A DNA stretch of 56,839 nt, counting the filler, from Sluysia triapertura (lineage: Eukaryota), in NCBI GenBank assembly GCA_046118255.1. It is 4 parts of 4 records of this genome, joined end to end, with 100 filler letters (N's around TTAATTAATTAA, not from the genome) between each part and the next. Parts side by side here need not be neighbours in the genome. Positions count along the whole stretch, not along the records: positions 23,934 to 43,797 come from JBJNIA010047678.1; 3 more parts are not named here. One strand, written 5' to 3'. The position numbers were made by a program, and so were the translations under genes. This document shows positions 23,934 to 35,048 of the stretch, piece by piece. The first letter of the stretch is position 1. Every line of letters begins with the position of its first letter. Below the pieces are notes generated by a model. It searched no databases, was not told the DNA's origin, and saw nothing but the letters and a program-made list of their open reading frames with translations.

Positions 23934-24940
23934 AATTTATTGCTTAAAGAATCAATAGTCTTTTTGTTTATAAAGTAAACTACTAACGGAATAACTATAC
24001 CACCACCAATGAAGTTACCTATAAATGCAGGAAGTAGGTTAAATCCCAAAAAGTAAGCAACTGTAATTCCACTAATATGCTCACCATTACTAATTGATTT
24101 CCCAACAGTAAATACATCTACTCAAAAAATAAAAGAATTAGCCACAACGTGTTGAAATCCTGCAACACAGAAACCAAAAATTGCTATAAATATTAGAAAT
24201 ATTGCAGCAATTGCGCTTTCACTAGCATATGTTAAATATAAAGAACCACCAACTAGAATATTACAAAATATAGCTGAAAATAAACAATTTAAGAAAGTAA
24301 CACCCATAGTCTGGCCACTAACATTCTTATTAGCTGCCAAATCATTACCAATTAATCCTAGCTTATGCAAAATCATTTGAAAAGATTCAAACCCATAAGT
24401 TCCATTTGCAATTTGGCCATTAACCAAGTTAAACATAGCACCAGTTAAAAGAATAGCAACAGCTGTTAAAAAGCAACCAACAAAATTTCCAAAAAACATC
24501 AACATTAAATTTTTTGTAAATGATGAAGCAGAGACATTTTTCTTTAAAACATTTAAAAATCCTACACAATTAGATGTATAAAGACCACCACCAATAAAGG
24601 TAATAAGTAAAATACCAATAGGGAAAACAGCCCCAAATATTACTTGTCTAACTCCATTACCTGTGACTTGGCTTATAGCCGTCATAGCAACAATATAACC
24701 TAATGAAATGAAAATTCCACCAAGAATACCCTCTATTATTGTTTTTAATGCTTTATTATTAGATTTTTGCATTGAAGCTTTATAGCTACCAATGGCTGCT
24801 CTTTCATAAAAATAATAATTTTTGTTTTCATTAAAGTTATTATTTTTTTCAATGATGGCTTTTTCTTCTTGAAATTTTTTTAAAACTTCTTCATTACTTT
24901 TTTTCTTAAAAAACAAATTCCTAATTTTTACTGAAATCAT
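23934..24940 (-). CDS. Formate/nitrite transporter (FNT) family channel, 3' end truncated by the contig edge
   Basis: FPIGILL..GGGLYTSN, GNFVG, AIFCNILV, GFQHVVANSF; reading TGA (24122-24124) as Trp continues to FIGNFIGGG. Confidence 0.9.
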
Positions 24941-25010
24941 TAATAGCCTACTAACCCTAAACACATAATAAGAATATTTTAAGTAATTTCATTAAAATTA
25001 AAAAAATTTT

Positions 25011-25643
25011 TTATAAATAACTTTTTAATTCATGATTATTAATCATAATATCTTCTAATATTCCTATTCTTCCATGACCAGGGCATATAATATTATCTTT
25101 TGAAAAAGTATTACAAAATTTTATTAAGCTATTTTTCATTTGTATATCATTTCCACCAATTAAATCGGTTCTTCCTACCCCATCATAAAATAGTAAATCA
25201 CCTGTGAATATAAAGTTGTTATATTGATAACAAACTAGTCCCGGAACGTGACCTGGGAATAAAAAAACACTTAAATTAAAAACACCAAATGTTAGTTTCA
25301 AATCATTAAAAAATACAATATGTTTTTCATCAATTATAATTTCTTGTTTGAAGAATTTACTTAGATTATTTTTAATTAATGTTGATTTATCTTTTTTATG
25401 AATATAAATTTTTACATTATGTTTTATAGCTAGTTTTATTCCATCTCCAATATGATCGAAGTGGCCATGAGTTAATAATATAGCCCGCAATTTTAAATTA
25501 TTTTTATTTAAAAAATCTTCACACTTTGAAGAATTTCAGCTAATATCAATTATTAAAGCTTGGCCATTTTTATGAAGAATATAGGTATTGTTATCAATAT
25601 AATTATGGTTAAAACAAACAATTTCCTTCGAAACTATATTCAT
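25011..25643 (-). CDS. MBL-fold metallo-hydrolase (glyoxalase II-like)
   Basis: LLTHGHFDHIG, PGHVPG, FTGD, PGHG; N-terminus extends through one TGA to the ATG at 25643. Confidence 0.9.
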
Positions 25644-25645
25644 AA

Positions 25646-26098
25646 CTATTTTTTACCTTTTTTATATGAATTTATTTCCTTGATTAAAGAAGAAGATATT
25701 TTATCTAAATCATAATTAGATATAAAATATACCGTTTCAATATCATTGCATAATTCATGGTTAGCAAAAGCCAATTCCATTTCATAATTTAAATCCTTAT
25801 TATTATTTCTTAGGCCCCTAACAATATAATTAGCTTTTAATCTCTTTGCACATTCAACTGTTAAGTCATCTTCATTTGTAATGACATAAATATTATTTTT
25901 TAATTTATTTTGTTCTTGTAATTGTTTAATTATTAAAGAAATATTTTTTAATCTGAAATCTATATCAATAGCACTTGGTTTATTTTTATTTTTTGTAACT
26001 ACAACATATAAAGAATCAAATAATTTAGATGCTTTGTTAATTATATTTATATGTCCTTCGTGCAACGGATCAAAACTTCCTGGGAATATAGCTACCAT
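25646..26098 (-). CDS. coaD: Phosphopantetheine adenylyltransferase
   Basis: AIFPGSFDPLHEGH, IVRGLR, YEMELAFAN, ISSSLIKEI. Confidence 0.95.
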   Translation of the reverse strand: MVAIFPGSFDPLHEGHINIINKASKLFDSLYVVVTKNKNKPSAIDIDFRLKNISLIIKQLQEQNKLKNNIYVITNEDDLTVECAKRLKANYIVRGLRNNNKDLNYEMELAFANHELCNDIETVYFISNYDLDKISSSLIKEINSYKKGKK

Positions 26099-26294
26099 TA
26101 AATTTCCTTTAAGTATTAATAAAATCTTATTTATTTATATTTTAATTTATCTTTTAAATTTAAATAATACTAAAAACATTAAAAAGCCACAATTTTTTAA
26201 AAACATACATTTAATAAACTTACGCTAAAAAATTATTTTTCCTTTTTTTTGAATAAGTTCTCAACTAATATTTCTTTTAAATTTATTATTTTAG

Positions 26295-26303
26295 TGCTAT
26301 AAT
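26295..26303 (+). promoter_or_regulatory. Extended -10 promoter for the rpmH operon
   Basis: TGCTATAAT about 40 nt upstream of rpmH; SD-like GAAAGGT at 26333-26339. Confidence 0.6.
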
Positions 26304-26343
26304 TTCCTTTTGTTAAATAAAATTAATAGTATGAAAGGTAATT

Positions 26344-26481
26344 ATGAAAAGAACATGACAACCAAATAAGTCAAAAACTAAAAAAACACATGGTTTTTTA
26401 GTTAGAATGTCTTCTAAAAAAGGACAACAAGTTCTTGCTAGACGAAGAGCTAAAGGAAGAGATAAAATAGCTGTTCAGTAA
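26344..26481 (+). CDS. rpmH: 50S ribosomal protein L34
   Basis: MKRT(W=TGA)[34 protein letters not shown]; absent from the ORF track. Confidence 0.95.
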
Positions 26482-26492
26482 TATACTATTAA

Positions 26493-26846
26493 ATGAAAAA
26501 ATATGTTTTAAAAAAAAACGAAGACTTTCAAAAAATCCTTAAAAAGGGATATAAATTTAAAAATGATTATTTTTGTGTTTATATTCAAAAAAATCAATAT
26601 GATCATCCTAGATTTGGCATTTCAGTACCCAAAAGTAAATGTAAAAAAGCATTTACAAGAAATAAGATTAAAAGATGAACAAGATTAGTAATTATGGAAA
26701 GTTTAAATACCCAAATTAATTTAGATTTTGTGGTAATGATTGTTTTTAAAAATTTTAAAGAAGTAACATATAGTAAATTTAGAGAAAAATTACTTATTAT
26801 TTTGTTAAAATTGAATAATATGAAAGGGCATGATGCTAAAAAATAA
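26493..26846 (+). CDS. rnpA: Ribonuclease P protein component
   Basis: LKKNEDFQ, RFGISVPK, KAFTRNKIKRW (RNR-like motif); lies directly after rpmH. Confidence 0.92.
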
Positions 26847-27906
26847 TTTATCAGTAAATAAGTTCATTAAACAATCACATATGAACTATAAAGCTGAAAA
26901 AAAATTATGAAAAGAAATATTTAAATGACTAAAGCGCATACTTTTTTTATTTTTATTTGGAATGGCTTTAATAGGATGTTTTCAACAATTGATTGATAAC
27001 ACAATTCAAACTAGCAATTTTGCAGGTTCTGGTTCTGAAATATGCGGATGAGGCGGAAGTTGTATTAATGGTCATAATGTAGCTCCCGGGGGTAATAGTG
27101 AATATGATTATTATCCGATCATAACATGAGGCGATGCTTGATCTCATGGGCCATTTTATGCTTTATTTGTTTACCCATTTTCTTTATTTTTATCTTTATT
27201 AATCCATTCGATGAACTCACAAATTGGTTTGGGTGGGGGGATTATAGTAGCTATATTGATTTTAGTTCTTTTGATTAGAACAGTAACACTTTTATTTACA
27301 ATTCCACAACTAAAAATGCAAGCTCACATGCAAACCCTTCAAGTTAAGGTTGCTGAGATTAAATCACGTTATGGGCAAAACAAAACCTCACAAGATAAAC
27401 AAAAAATGCAAATGGAAATAATGAATTTTTATAAAAAAAATAACTTTAAGCCAATGGCATTATTTGCTTCAACTTTTGTTACATTACCTTTCTTTTATGC
27501 GATGTATCGAAGTACAGCGATGGTTAGGGAAGTTAAACAAGGAACACTTGGTCCAATAGATTTTAATGTAACTATATTGTCAGAAGTGTTTAGCTTACAT
27601 CAATGGATATATTTAGTTCCTTTCTTTATAGTTGTGCCTACTCAAATTCTAGCTATGAAAATTCAAAATATATTGAATTATAAAAAGAATAAGATGATGG
27701 ATGAAAAAGCACGGAAGCAATATAAGAAAACGCAATTGATGTTTACAATAATGATGATTGTTTTCGTCTTTATTTCTATAAATGTTGCGTTTTCACTAAC
27801 AGTTTATTGATTCTTCTCAAACATTTACACTATCATTCAATCAATAGCTATTTTTTACTATCAAAAAAATTCTAAAAATAAAGAAATGCGGTTAAAGGCC
27901 TCCTAA
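26833..27906 (+). CDS. yidC: Membrane protein insertase YidC (Mollicute type)
   Basis: ALIGCFQQ, WGDAWSHGPFYALFVYP, QKMQMEIMNFYKKNN, LPFFYAMY, VYWFFSN in code 4; synteny with rpmH-rnpA. Confidence 0.92.
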
Positions 27907-29226
27907 ATGACTTCAAGAACAATTGTGGCTTTAGCGACAGCACCTGTCAATTCAGCTTTAGCGATAATAAGGATGTCTGGACCAAACACTTTCAAAATAC
28001 TTTCATTAATATTTCAATCAAAAACAACTAAGTATTTGAATAAGCAATTTTATTATGGAAAGTTAATAGATAAAGAAAAACTAGTAGATGAGGTTATTGT
28101 CTTATGCTACAAAAACCCCAATTCTTTTACTGGGGAAGATCTAATAGAAATTATTTGTCATGGAAATATTTTAATTATTAATGACATTATTAATTTGTGT
28201 ATCAAAAATGGTGCAACTTTAGCTAAAAGAGGAGAATTTTCCGAAAAAGCATTTCTAAATGGGAAAATAAATCTTTTAAAAGCTGAGGCCATAAATAATT
28301 TGATTAATTCAAAATCAGAAATTTCTAAAAACACATCACTTAAAAATTTATTTGGTGATTCAACTAATTATTTAGAATCTATAAAAAAAGAACTACTAGA
28401 TTTGATTGCCTCAATCGAGGTAAGCATTGATTATCCAGAATATGATGAAGTAGATATTTCTAAAAGTACAATTTATAAAAATATTTTAATAATAGAGAAT
28501 CAACTTAAAGAACTAATAAATAACAATAATGTTTATAAAAATTATGAATATGGTATAAAAACTGCTATCGTTGGCAAACCAAATGTAGGCAAATCTAGCT
28601 TATTGAATGCAATGCTAAAAGAAAATAAGGCAATTGTTTCAAATATCCCCGGAACAACAAGAGATATAGTTGAAGGAGAAATTTACATTGATAACATTTT
28701 ATTAAAGATTTTAGATACGGCGGGCATTAGAAAATCAACAATTAAAAATGAAATATTGGGAATTAATAAAACAATTGAGACCATCAAAAAAGCTCAATTA
28801 ATTATTTACCTAACAGATAGAAATTTTGAAATAGAAGAATCTATTAAGCCATTTTTAAAAGATAAAGAAGTTATATATGTTCAAAACAAAAAAGATATTT
28901 ACTCAGTAAGAAACGATTTATTTTTGCCAATATCAGCTAAAAATAATGAAATAAATAATTTAATTACTAAAATAAAAAAAACGTACTCAAAAATTTATTT
29001 AGATTTTGAATCAATGCACATTTATCCAAAAGAAAAAATAGTATTCTTTGAAAAATTGATAAAACTTTTAGAACATTCAAAAGAAATGCTTTTACAAAAT
29101 ATATCTATTGAAATAATATTATTAGATATTACAGAAGGGTATAATTTATTAGAAGAAGTTATAGGTAATAAGTATCACGAAGATATAATTACCACTTTAT
29201 TTAGAAATTATTGTTTAGGGAAGTAA
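27907..29226 (+). CDS. mnmE: tRNA modification GTPase MnmE/TrmE
   Basis: TIVALAT, SFTGED, GKPNVGKSS, GTTRD, DTAG, NKKD, terminal YCLGK. Confidence 0.97.
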   Translation: MTSRTIVALATAPVNSALAIIRMSGPNTFKILSLIFQSKTTKYLNKQFYYGKLIDKEKLVDEVIVLCYKNPNSFTGEDLIEIICHGNILIINDIINLCIKNGATLAKRGEFSEKAFLNGKINLLKAEAINNLINSKSEISKNTSLKNLFGDSTNYLESIKKELLDLIASIEVSIDYPEYDEVDISKSTIYKNILIIENQLKELINNNNVYKNYEYGIKTAIVGKPNVGKSSLLNAMLKENKAIVSNIPGTTRDIVEGEIYIDNILLKILDTAGIRKSTIKNEILGINKTIETIKKAQLIIYLTDRNFEIEESIKPFLKDKEVIYVQNKKDIYSVRNDLFLPISAKNNEINNLITKIKKTYSKIYLDFESMHIYPKEKIVFFEKLIKLLEHSKEMLLQNISIEIILLDITEGYNLLEEVIGNKYHEDIITTLFRNYCLGK

Positions 29227-29227
29227 G

Positions 29228-30016
29228 ATGAAAACAGGAAATATTATTGATACACATTGCCATTTAATAAACGATATATACTCAGAAAAGTCATACAAAA
29301 TAGAAGAAGTTATTCAAGAGGCAAATAATCTAGGCGTTACAAAACTAATATCTGTTTCTTGCTCGCTTGATGAAACAACTAAAAATATTGATCTTTGTAG
29401 CATGCATAGAAATTGTTTTCCAACTGCCGGAATTCATCCTTGTTATGCACAACAAACAAAGTTATCGGAGGTCGATTCTCTGAAAAAATTAGCATCACAA
29501 GATAAGGTAATTGCTATCGGGGAATGCGGATTAGACTACTATTATGCTAAGACACCAATTGAGCAAGGTAAACAAAAATTAATATTTGAAGAACAAATTA
29601 AATTAGCAGTAGAATTAAAAAAACCCCTTATTGTGCATTGTCGTAATGCTTTTAAAGATCTAATTGAAATATTAGAAAAATATAATAAAAAAATTAAAGG
29701 GGTTATACATTGCTATACTGGTGATTTAGAATCTGCTAATAAGTTAATTTCTTTAGGATTTTATATTTCTTTTTCGGGCATAATAACCTTCAAAAACGCA
29801 TCCATCTTAGAAGATGTAGCTAAAAAAATTAGCATAGATAAAATTTTAATAGAGACTGATTCTCCATACTTAGCCCCAGAACCATATCGAGGGGAAATAA
29901 ATTTTCCAAAAAACGTTATATTTATTCTAGAAAAAATCGCCCGCCTAAAAAAAATTCCTTCACAAGAATTAACTAAGCAAATAGAGGATAATACAGCCCA
30001 ATTGTTTTATATTTAA
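29228..30016 (+). CDS. tatD: TatD family DNase
   Basis: DTHCH, GIHP, AIGECGLDY, HCR, HCY, ETDSPYLAP. Confidence 0.95.
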   Translation: MKTGNIIDTHCHLINDIYSEKSYKIEEVIQEANNLGVTKLISVSCSLDETTKNIDLCSMHRNCFPTAGIHPCYAQQTKLSEVDSLKKLASQDKVIAIGECGLDYYYAKTPIEQGKQKLIFEEQIKLAVELKKPLIVHCRNAFKDLIEILEKYNKKIKGVIHCYTGDLESANKLISLGFYISFSGIITFKNASILEDVAKKISIDKILIETDSPYLAPEPYRGEINFPKNVIFILEKIARLKKIPSQELTKQIEDNTAQLFYI

Positions 30017-30017
30017 A

Positions 30018-31628
30018 ATGAATAAAATAATAAAAATACATCCTAAAAAATCCTTAGGTCAAAATTTTTTACAAGATAAAAACATAATACAAAAAATTGT
30101 TAATCAAGTTAAAAATGAAAACAAAAAAATAGGAATTATTGAAATAGGCCCCGGCACCGGCGCTTTAACAGAGCATTTGATTGATATTGCAGAAAAGCTA
30201 GTTTTAATTGAGATAGATAAAAATTTAGTATCTATATTGAAAGATAAATACAAAGGAGAAAATGTTTTTATCTTAAATAAAGATATTTTAAAAATAAATT
30301 TAAATGATGTTGTAAATGATTATTTTAATACTAAAAATCTTGATGAAATCATAGTTATTTCTAACACTCCTTACTATATAAGTTCACTAATTTTATTTAA
30401 AATATATGCTTCATCACACCTTATTAATCGGGCAATCCTAATGATGCAAAAAGAAGTAGCTGAAAAAGTAAAAGGTGTTTTTCAAACTAAAAATTATAAT
30501 AATTTATCTATTATTTCTAATTATTATGCTAATTATAACTTTATAACAAATGTTTCTAAAAATTGTTTCTTTCCTAAACCTAAAATAGATAGCACAGTTT
30601 TTGAATTAAGATTCGATAAATTTAGAATTTTAAATCCCGAGGAAAGCTTAAATTTTGAAAAATTTTTAAGATCTTTATTTTTAAATAAAAGAAAGACTTT
30701 AGTAAATAATTTGAAGCATAATCTCCACTTTGATGAAAAAATAATCAATAAAGTTTTAAATTATTTTTTTATTGAATTAAATATTCGTTCTGAACAACTA
30801 AGTCTTAAAAAATTTTTAAAATTATTTATATTTTTTACTAATTACAAGCAAAAAAATAGTTACTTATTAAGAAGCAATTCTAAATTAACACTTGCTTTTA
30901 ATGCTTATCATAACAAGGTTGATGGTTTACATGACATTGAAGGCATTTATTACCCATGATTTAAAAACGAAGATGAAATTTTAATTAATTTTAAAAGTAA
31001 AAAAACAAGAATTTTTGTTGGCAATAGTGAATTTATTATTATCGAAAATAATATTCAACAATTACTATTAGCTTTGAAAGAAAGCAATATATTTACAGAA
31101 AATATCGAAGTTTTCATATGAAAAAATAATAACCCAGGGACAGGGTTGGCTGCTGGAAGTGGAAATTTATTTGTAGTGGCAAAAGCCATATGCGATTATT
31201 TAAAAATTGATGTATCAGAAATTAGGGACATACTTTATAAAATATCTTCTGATTCCTTGTTTTATTATCACAATTCATTAGTGTATGTGAATAATTTTGG
31301 AAAAAATTATCAACCTATAAAATCTAAAATACATTTATATAATTTTATTAAAGTATTTACACCCGAAAATATATACTGTAACACTAAAGAAATTTTTAAA
31401 CAATTTGATATTGATAAAACACAAGAAAATTTAAATTTTTCAGATTTAGTTAATTACTTAGAAAAAGACGATTGAAAAAATTTTGTAAAAAATACAGCAA
31501 ATGTTCTTCAATCTTCGGCCCTTAAAAATGATGAATTAAATAGCTATTATAAGAAAATATCTAAGTGTAAAGATAAAATTATTCTTTTAGGCTCAGGGTC
31601 ATCTTTTATAATTTTCAAAGATAGTTAA
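30018..31628 (+). CDS. rsmA: Fusion: 16S rRNA dimethyladenosine transferase RsmA/KsgA (N-terminal) plus IspE-like GHMP kinase (C-terminal), 536 aa in code 4
   Basis: KKSLGQNFL, EIGPGTG, NTPYYIS, FFPKPKIDS; the same frame continues with no TAA/TAG through SKLT..DGLHDIE, PGTGLAAGSGN, ISSD, LGSGSS. Confidence 0.85.
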
Positions 31629-31708
31629 ATTATTCATTAATAAAGTGGAAAATAATTTTAATAAACATATAAAATAATAGTGTGTAAAAACTATTAAAGG
31701 AAAATATT

Positions 31709-32704
31709 GTGCCCAATAATAAAGAAAAAGTTTTAAATAATATTGTCTTATTTGGTTTATCCAATTCAAAAGAATTAGCTAAAAAGGTTTCTAAAATATT
31801 AAATATCCCCACAATTGACAATACCAAAGAGTGCTTTGCCGATGGTGAAATAATTGTTAGATTTAAAGAAACAGTTCGTGGCAAAGATGTATATGTTATT
31901 CAATCAACATGCCCACCTGTTCATGATAGTATATTTGAATTGCTAATTTTTATGGATGCTTTAAAAAGAGCAAGTGCTAAATCAATAAATCTAGTAATAC
32001 CTTATTATGGTTACGCAAGACAGGATAGAAAATGTAAATCACATGAACCAATTACATCTAAATTAATAGCATCAATTTTAGAGTTATGCAAAGCTAATAA
32101 AGTTATAACTTTTGACTTACATGCTCCACAAATTGAAGGTTTTTTTAATATTCCTGTTGATAATTTAAGTGCTTTGCCTACAATATGTAATTTTATTTTG
32201 GAAAAAAAATTAGAAAATTTAATAATAGTTGCTCCTGATCAAGGCGGAGTTGTTAGAGCAAGAAGATTAGCCGAGTCATTAAATACTCCTATCGCTATAA
32301 TAGACAAGCGAAGAATTGGCAAAAATATAACCGAAGTAATGAATGTTTTGGGTGATGTCAAAGATAAAAATTGTATTTTAATAGATGACATGATTGACAC
32401 AGGTGGAACAATAATTAAGGGTTGCGAAGCATTAAAAAAACAAGGAGCTAAGTCAATTTATGTTGCTTCAACACATGCAGTTTTTAGTGGTCAAGCTGTT
32501 GAAAGATTAAAAAATTGTGAAGTTATTGATGAAGTTATTATCACAGACACCATCCCCCTATCTAAAGAAAAACATTTTTCTAAATTAAAAATAGTATCAG
32601 TTGATAAATTTTTAGCTGACGTTATAAATGCTGACATTCGTTGTCATGGTGTTGGTAAAGTTTATCGTGAGCACACAAAATCATTTTATAAAGTATGAGA
32701 TTAA
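31709..32704 (+). CDS. prs: Ribose-phosphate pyrophosphokinase
   Basis: [36 protein letters not shown]; GTG start; ends W-D-TAA in code 4. Confidence 0.97.
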
Positions 32705-33261
32705 TTGTTGGTTTAGGAAACCCAGGTCTTAATTATGTTAATACAAGACATAATGTAGGGTTTTTGTATCTTGATAATTTTGTAATTAAAAATAAGTTAA
32801 TATGAATTAATAATTTTTCTGGACAATATTGCAAAACTAAAATAAATGATCAGGATGTGATCTTATTTAAACCTGGAAATTATATGAATTTAAGTGGGCA
32901 ACCTATAAAAGAAATTACTAATTTTTTTAAAATTAAAGTAGATGAAATATTAGTTATCCAAGATGACAAAGATTTAAATATTGGAGATTTAAAAATTTCT
33001 ATTAATAGATCTGCTGCTGGGCACAATGGAATCAAAAATATTTTTGAAGTATTTCACACTCAAAACATCGCTAGAATAAGAGTGGGAATTTTAAATTCAG
33101 ATAAATTACATAATTTAAAAAATTTTGTCTTAGCTAATTTTACAAATGAAGAATTACAAAAATTAGAAAATAATATTTTTAATAAAATAACCTTGATAAT
33201 TAATGATTTTACAGTTTTATCTATTGAAAGAATTATGAATAAATATAATGCTAAAACTTAA
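32695..33261 (+). CDS. pth: Peptidyl-tRNA hydrolase
   Basis: [33 protein letters not shown]. Confidence 0.95.
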
Positions 33262-34540
33262 TAAAGAAAAAAAATACATCATTGGCGTTAGTGGCGGCCC
33301 CGACAGCATGTTTTTACTATGAAATTTAGTAAAAAACGGAATTTTAAATATAGTTGTTTGCCATGTTAATTATAATTTTCGCAAAAGTTCTTTGAATGAT
33401 GAAAATATAGTAAGAAATTTTTGTAAAAATAACAACATTAAGCTATTTGTTAAATCTCTAAAACAAGAAGATTTTAAATCAGGTAATTTTCAAAATTGAG
33501 CTAGAGAAGTTAGGTTTTCTTTTTTTAGAGAAATATATCTAAGTGAAAGGTCTGACTATTTATTAATTGCGCATACTAAAAATGATTTTATTGAAAGCTA
33601 TTTAATGCAAAAAAGAACTAGAAAAAATGTTTATTTTTTTGGTTTACCATCAAAAGGTTTTGCTTACAACATGAATATTATTAGACCTATTATTAATATT
33701 TATAAAAGTAATATTATTTCACAACTTAAAAACAACTCGATTAGTTATGGAATAGATGAAACCAACTACTTGCCAAAGTATACAAGGAATAAGATAAGAA
33801 TAGAATTAAGCAATTTATCTGCCGCAAAATTAAATGCACTACATAAAGAGGCTAAGGAATTAAATAAAGGATTTTATGATAGGTTTAAATCAATTAATAA
33901 ATTAATTTCTAAAAATAAAGTCTATAAAATAAGTAAATTTTTATCCTTAAATATTTTAGACCAACTTTTTTTCTTATCTTATATATCTAAAGGGCTATTA
34001 ACATCAAAAATAATCACAAATAATTTGATTAATATATTAAAGAGTAAGCAACACCCAAGCTATGTTTTTAATTATAAAAATTTTTATATCTATAAAATGT
34101 ATGATGTTTTTTGCATTATTCTTAAAACAGATAAGAGCCCACCAAATCATCATTATAAGTATGATGTTATAGCCCTTGATAAGTTAACTAAATTAGAATT
34201 TCAAGAAGCATCTTTTTTAAAAATATCTACACATAAAATAAAAAATGGTATAGAATATATTATTCCAAGTAAAAACATTATTGTAACTAACTATGGAAAT
34301 TTAAACTATAATTTTAAAAATATAGTTAAAAGTTATAAATTTTCAAATGCTAAAATACCACTTTTTTTGAGAGAAATGTGACCAGTATTTTGGGATAATT
34401 ATGAAAAGAAAATAATTTTGATACCATATGTTTATTATGATAGGGCAAATTTAAATAATAAAATTATATTAAAGATTTGAATAAAGAAAGATTATTATGA
34501 GTGAATTTCAAGAGATAGTATACACTTCAGAGCAAATTAA
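33248..34540 (+). CDS. tilS: tRNA(Ile)-lysidine synthetase
   Basis: IGVSGGPDSM PP-loop, HVNYNFR, AREVRF, AHTKND, DETN..YTRNKIR; in code 4 it overlaps hpt by 44 nt. Confidence 0.92.
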
Positions 34541-35015
34541 AGAAAGAATAGTTGAAATAGGACAAGAATTAAATTTAGAAAATAAAAATTTTCTATGTGT
34601 GCCTATTTTAAAAGGTGCTTTTAATTTTGCTGCTGACTTGATAAAACAATTAAAAAATATTCAATTAGACTTTATCATGGTTAGTTCTTATGCAGGGAAA
34701 AAACATAAAAGACCAGAGGATTTTAATATCGTATTGGATTTAAAAGTAAACATTGAAAATGAAGATATATTATTGATTGAGGACATTATCGATTCAGGTT
34801 CTAGTATGTATAAAATTATTGATCACCTATCACTTAAAAAACCAAAATCAATAACATTAGTTTCACTTTTGGAAAGAGAAGGCAAATCTCATAATTTTAA
34901 TGTTGATAAATATATTGTCGGCTTTAAAGTAAAAGAAGGATTTTTAGTTGGATACGGATTAGATTTTCAAGAACAATATCGTAATCTTAACTACGTCGCA
35001 ATTTTAAAAAAATAA
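34497..35015 (+). CDS. hpt: Hypoxanthine phosphoribosyltransferase
   Basis: ILKGAFNF, LLIEDIIDSG, FLVGYGLDFQEQYRNL. Confidence 0.95.
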   Translation: MSEFQEIVYTSEQIKERIVEIGQELNLENKNFLCVPILKGAFNFAADLIKQLKNIQLDFIMVSSYAGKKHKRPEDFNIVLDLKVNIENEDILLIEDIIDSGSSMYKIIDHLSLKKPKSITLVSLLEREGKSHNFNVDKYIVGFKVKEGFLVGYGLDFQEQYRNLNYVAILKK

Positions 35016-35048
35016 GTGATAGAATAAATTAATATATTATAGGTAAAG

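Noticed and set aside
26099-26343. oriC upstream of rpmH
   Set aside because: No dnaA gene and no recognisable DnaA boxes.
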